This document shows, piece after piece, positions 61,940-64,000 of a stretch of 64,000 nucleotides of DNA. Numbering within the stretch: the stretch's first letter is position 1; each line of letters opens with the position of its first letter. A program made the translations under genes and the position numbers. The stretch comes from Pelomyxa schiedti (lineage: Eukaryota > Protista > Evosea): NCBI GenBank assembly GCA_020536535.1, contig JAHLWZ010000831.1:1-64000 (forward strand), written 5' to 3'. The notes beneath the pieces were generated by a model that was given only the letters and a program-made list of their open reading frames with translations, was not told the DNA's origin and did no database searches.

Positions 61940-64000
61940 TCAAAGAGAAGAACTCGTTGGGGTTGAGCCAGAAGTCAAAGCTGAGGCTCCACCCGAGCCA
62001 GTGACCCTCTGTGTGTTTCTCAGTCTTGAGCTCATGGAGAGAGCGGCCTTGCGCATCTCTGCTGCCCGCTGCTGTGGTGATGGTGGGGCTGATGAGGGTG
62101 ATACAGAAGGGTTCAGGGGTGTTGTTGGTGTCGGGGCTGTGTTCGGTGTTATTGCCGGCTGTGCTGCAGAAGTGGGTGTTGTTGCTTGTGCAGTAGGTGC
62201 GGGTGTGAATGTGGATGCGGCTGAGGAGGAGGCTGTGGAAGTGGAATTGGGTGTGACGGGATTCATATCTGGTTGTTGTTGTGTTGGGAAGTAGCTTGCG
62301 GGTGATAATGGTGATGAGATTGGGGGTGATGTGGGTGTGGTGTTTGCGGCTGTGGTTGGGGATTGTGTGGGTGTTAGCATGGATTGCGCTAGGACGACCG
62401 GAGAAATGGCGCTCTGTTATTGGGGTTTGTTTTTTTTTTTTTTTTGGTTTGATTAGGGACGGGCAAAATAAAAAGAAAAGAAGGAAAAAACTTGCCTTTC
62501 TGGTTTGATGGAGTTGACCCCAGCTGGGTTTCTTGGTCTTGGAACGGGAGTTCAACTGGGCTTCCAGGTTTTTGATTTGAACCTTCCTTAACATTAAAAT
62601 GCATACTTGAGTGAGAAAGTACAACCTGCAGCCTTTCCACTTCAGCTCTTTGCTCATTTATGATTGACTTATCTTGATTGAGTTCCTTTTGCGTTACTTC
62701 TAACTTGTTGAGGGTTGACGTGTGAAATTGTGCTATTTGTTCAACTTGGTGTATTGCTTCCTCCTCTACTGTAGTTATATTGGCAATGGGGAAATGTGAA
62801 AAATACTTTGTTTTTTTTGTTCAAGAAGGTCTTCTCGATGCTTTTGCTCTTCAGAAGCTAATCTATCAATTAAGTATTGATTTTCTTTCTTCAAGGTACG
62901 AAGTTCAACGTTTACTGATAAGGGTTATTGGAATAATTATATTTTGCTCTACATTTCAGTTCTTTCTCTGAAACGACATTGTCCTCATCCTCTTCCTCTT
63001 GATTGGAAACGACAGTTATGGAATTGACCTTTCCTCTCCGTGTGGAAACTTTTATGGTTGCCATAGATTCTACCAGGGATTCGCCCTAGGTAGTCATAAG
63101 TTGACAATGATGTTGGGTTGGGAATGCACTTCAGCAGCCTTTAAGCGTTCTTTGAAACTCTATTGAGACGAACTCAGGTTTATACAGAATTAGTATGTCT
63201 GCTCACCTCCTCTGACTGTCTTACTGCCTCCGATATTGCTTGTATTTTGGCAACGTTCTCTTGATGCAGTTTGTGGTTGATAACTTTTTCGACCATAATT
63301 TGCTGAATAATCAAATATAGAATTGCCACAGAATAAGTGATGTCAAACAGGGTGAAACCAATGTGCACTGTATCAGAACAGAAAAACAAATTGTCACTAC
63401 ACCCATTTAGCACAACACTACATAACCCAAGTACACAAGAAAGTGCCCATTGATAAAAGGGGAAGACTTGCATTTTGCAGTTCGGCAATCTCTGCGGCAT
63501 GTTCATCTTCCAACTGTCTTTTCTCTTGTTCAGTTACCCTGTAAGTACCATTGGCGGAAGAAAAACAATGGAATTAAGAGCAACTTGAGGAGGTCCCTAG
63601 ACTTTTGCATGAGTTGCTTCATGGCCAACCTCAAGGAGTGAACCTGGTCACGCAGAACTGGTCCCAAAAGTTAGGTCATCACCGAATACAAATTCACAAG
63701 TTAAAAAAAAAAAGTACCTTCAGGATCACTCTCCTCGTCTTCTTCTTCTTCATCTTCGTCATCATCCTCCTCACCTTGCCCCTTATCATCTGACTCCTCA
63801 TCCTTCTCTCCCTCATCATCATCAGAATCATCATCGGAATTGTTATCAGAATCATCGTCTGCCTCTCGGCTTGACGACAGTCCTGCTGCCTCCACTCCCT
63901 TCCCACTCTGATCATTGCCTTGCACACTTGAACTAGTGGTCGGCGCGATTCTTGCGTTGGATTCAGCTGCGTTTATAGGTGGCGTGTGAGTACCAGCAGG
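61940..64000 (-). CDS. Partial multi-exon coiled-coil protein with an acidic tract and Pro/Thr/Ser-rich tail
   Basis: Acidic ORF 63701-63925, coiled-coil exons at about 62500-63300 and tail ORF 61940-62380; the 5' end lies outside the window. Confidence 0.6.

Overview
Gene-dense eukaryotic DNA with about 25 protein-coding loci, many short (about 35-100 nt) spliceosomal introns, short intergenic gaps and the standard genetic code. The gene families and the Entamoeba-type receptor-kinase architecture suggest an amoebozoan, probably an archamoeba such as Pelomyxa (inference only). Recognisable genes are RPL3, RPS8, TAF7, IMP4, a Rab GTPase, an RBR E3 ligase, an RCC1-repeat protein, an LRR receptor kinase, a PPP phosphatase and a Vint (vWA-Hint) protein. 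The most unusual observations are: (1) a SHOCT-vWA protein ending in the ribosomal P-stalk motif DMGFGLFD; (2) a GT32 glycosyltransferase fused to a Vrg4-type GDP-sugar transporter; (3) a ferrochelatase homologue with an apparent signal peptide; (4) an NELF-E-like gene head-to-head with TAF7; (5) a 1.3-kb non-autonomous TIR element with a 72-bp hairpin that truncates a gene; (6) an orphan ~165-nt rod-like structured RNA candidate; (7) an 84-nt-exon LRR cassette joined to a DFG-less PINK1-like kinase; (8) large Lys/Glu/Ala insertions in two ribosomal proteins. Exon boundaries were inferred by eye and family calls come from recalled motifs, not database searches.
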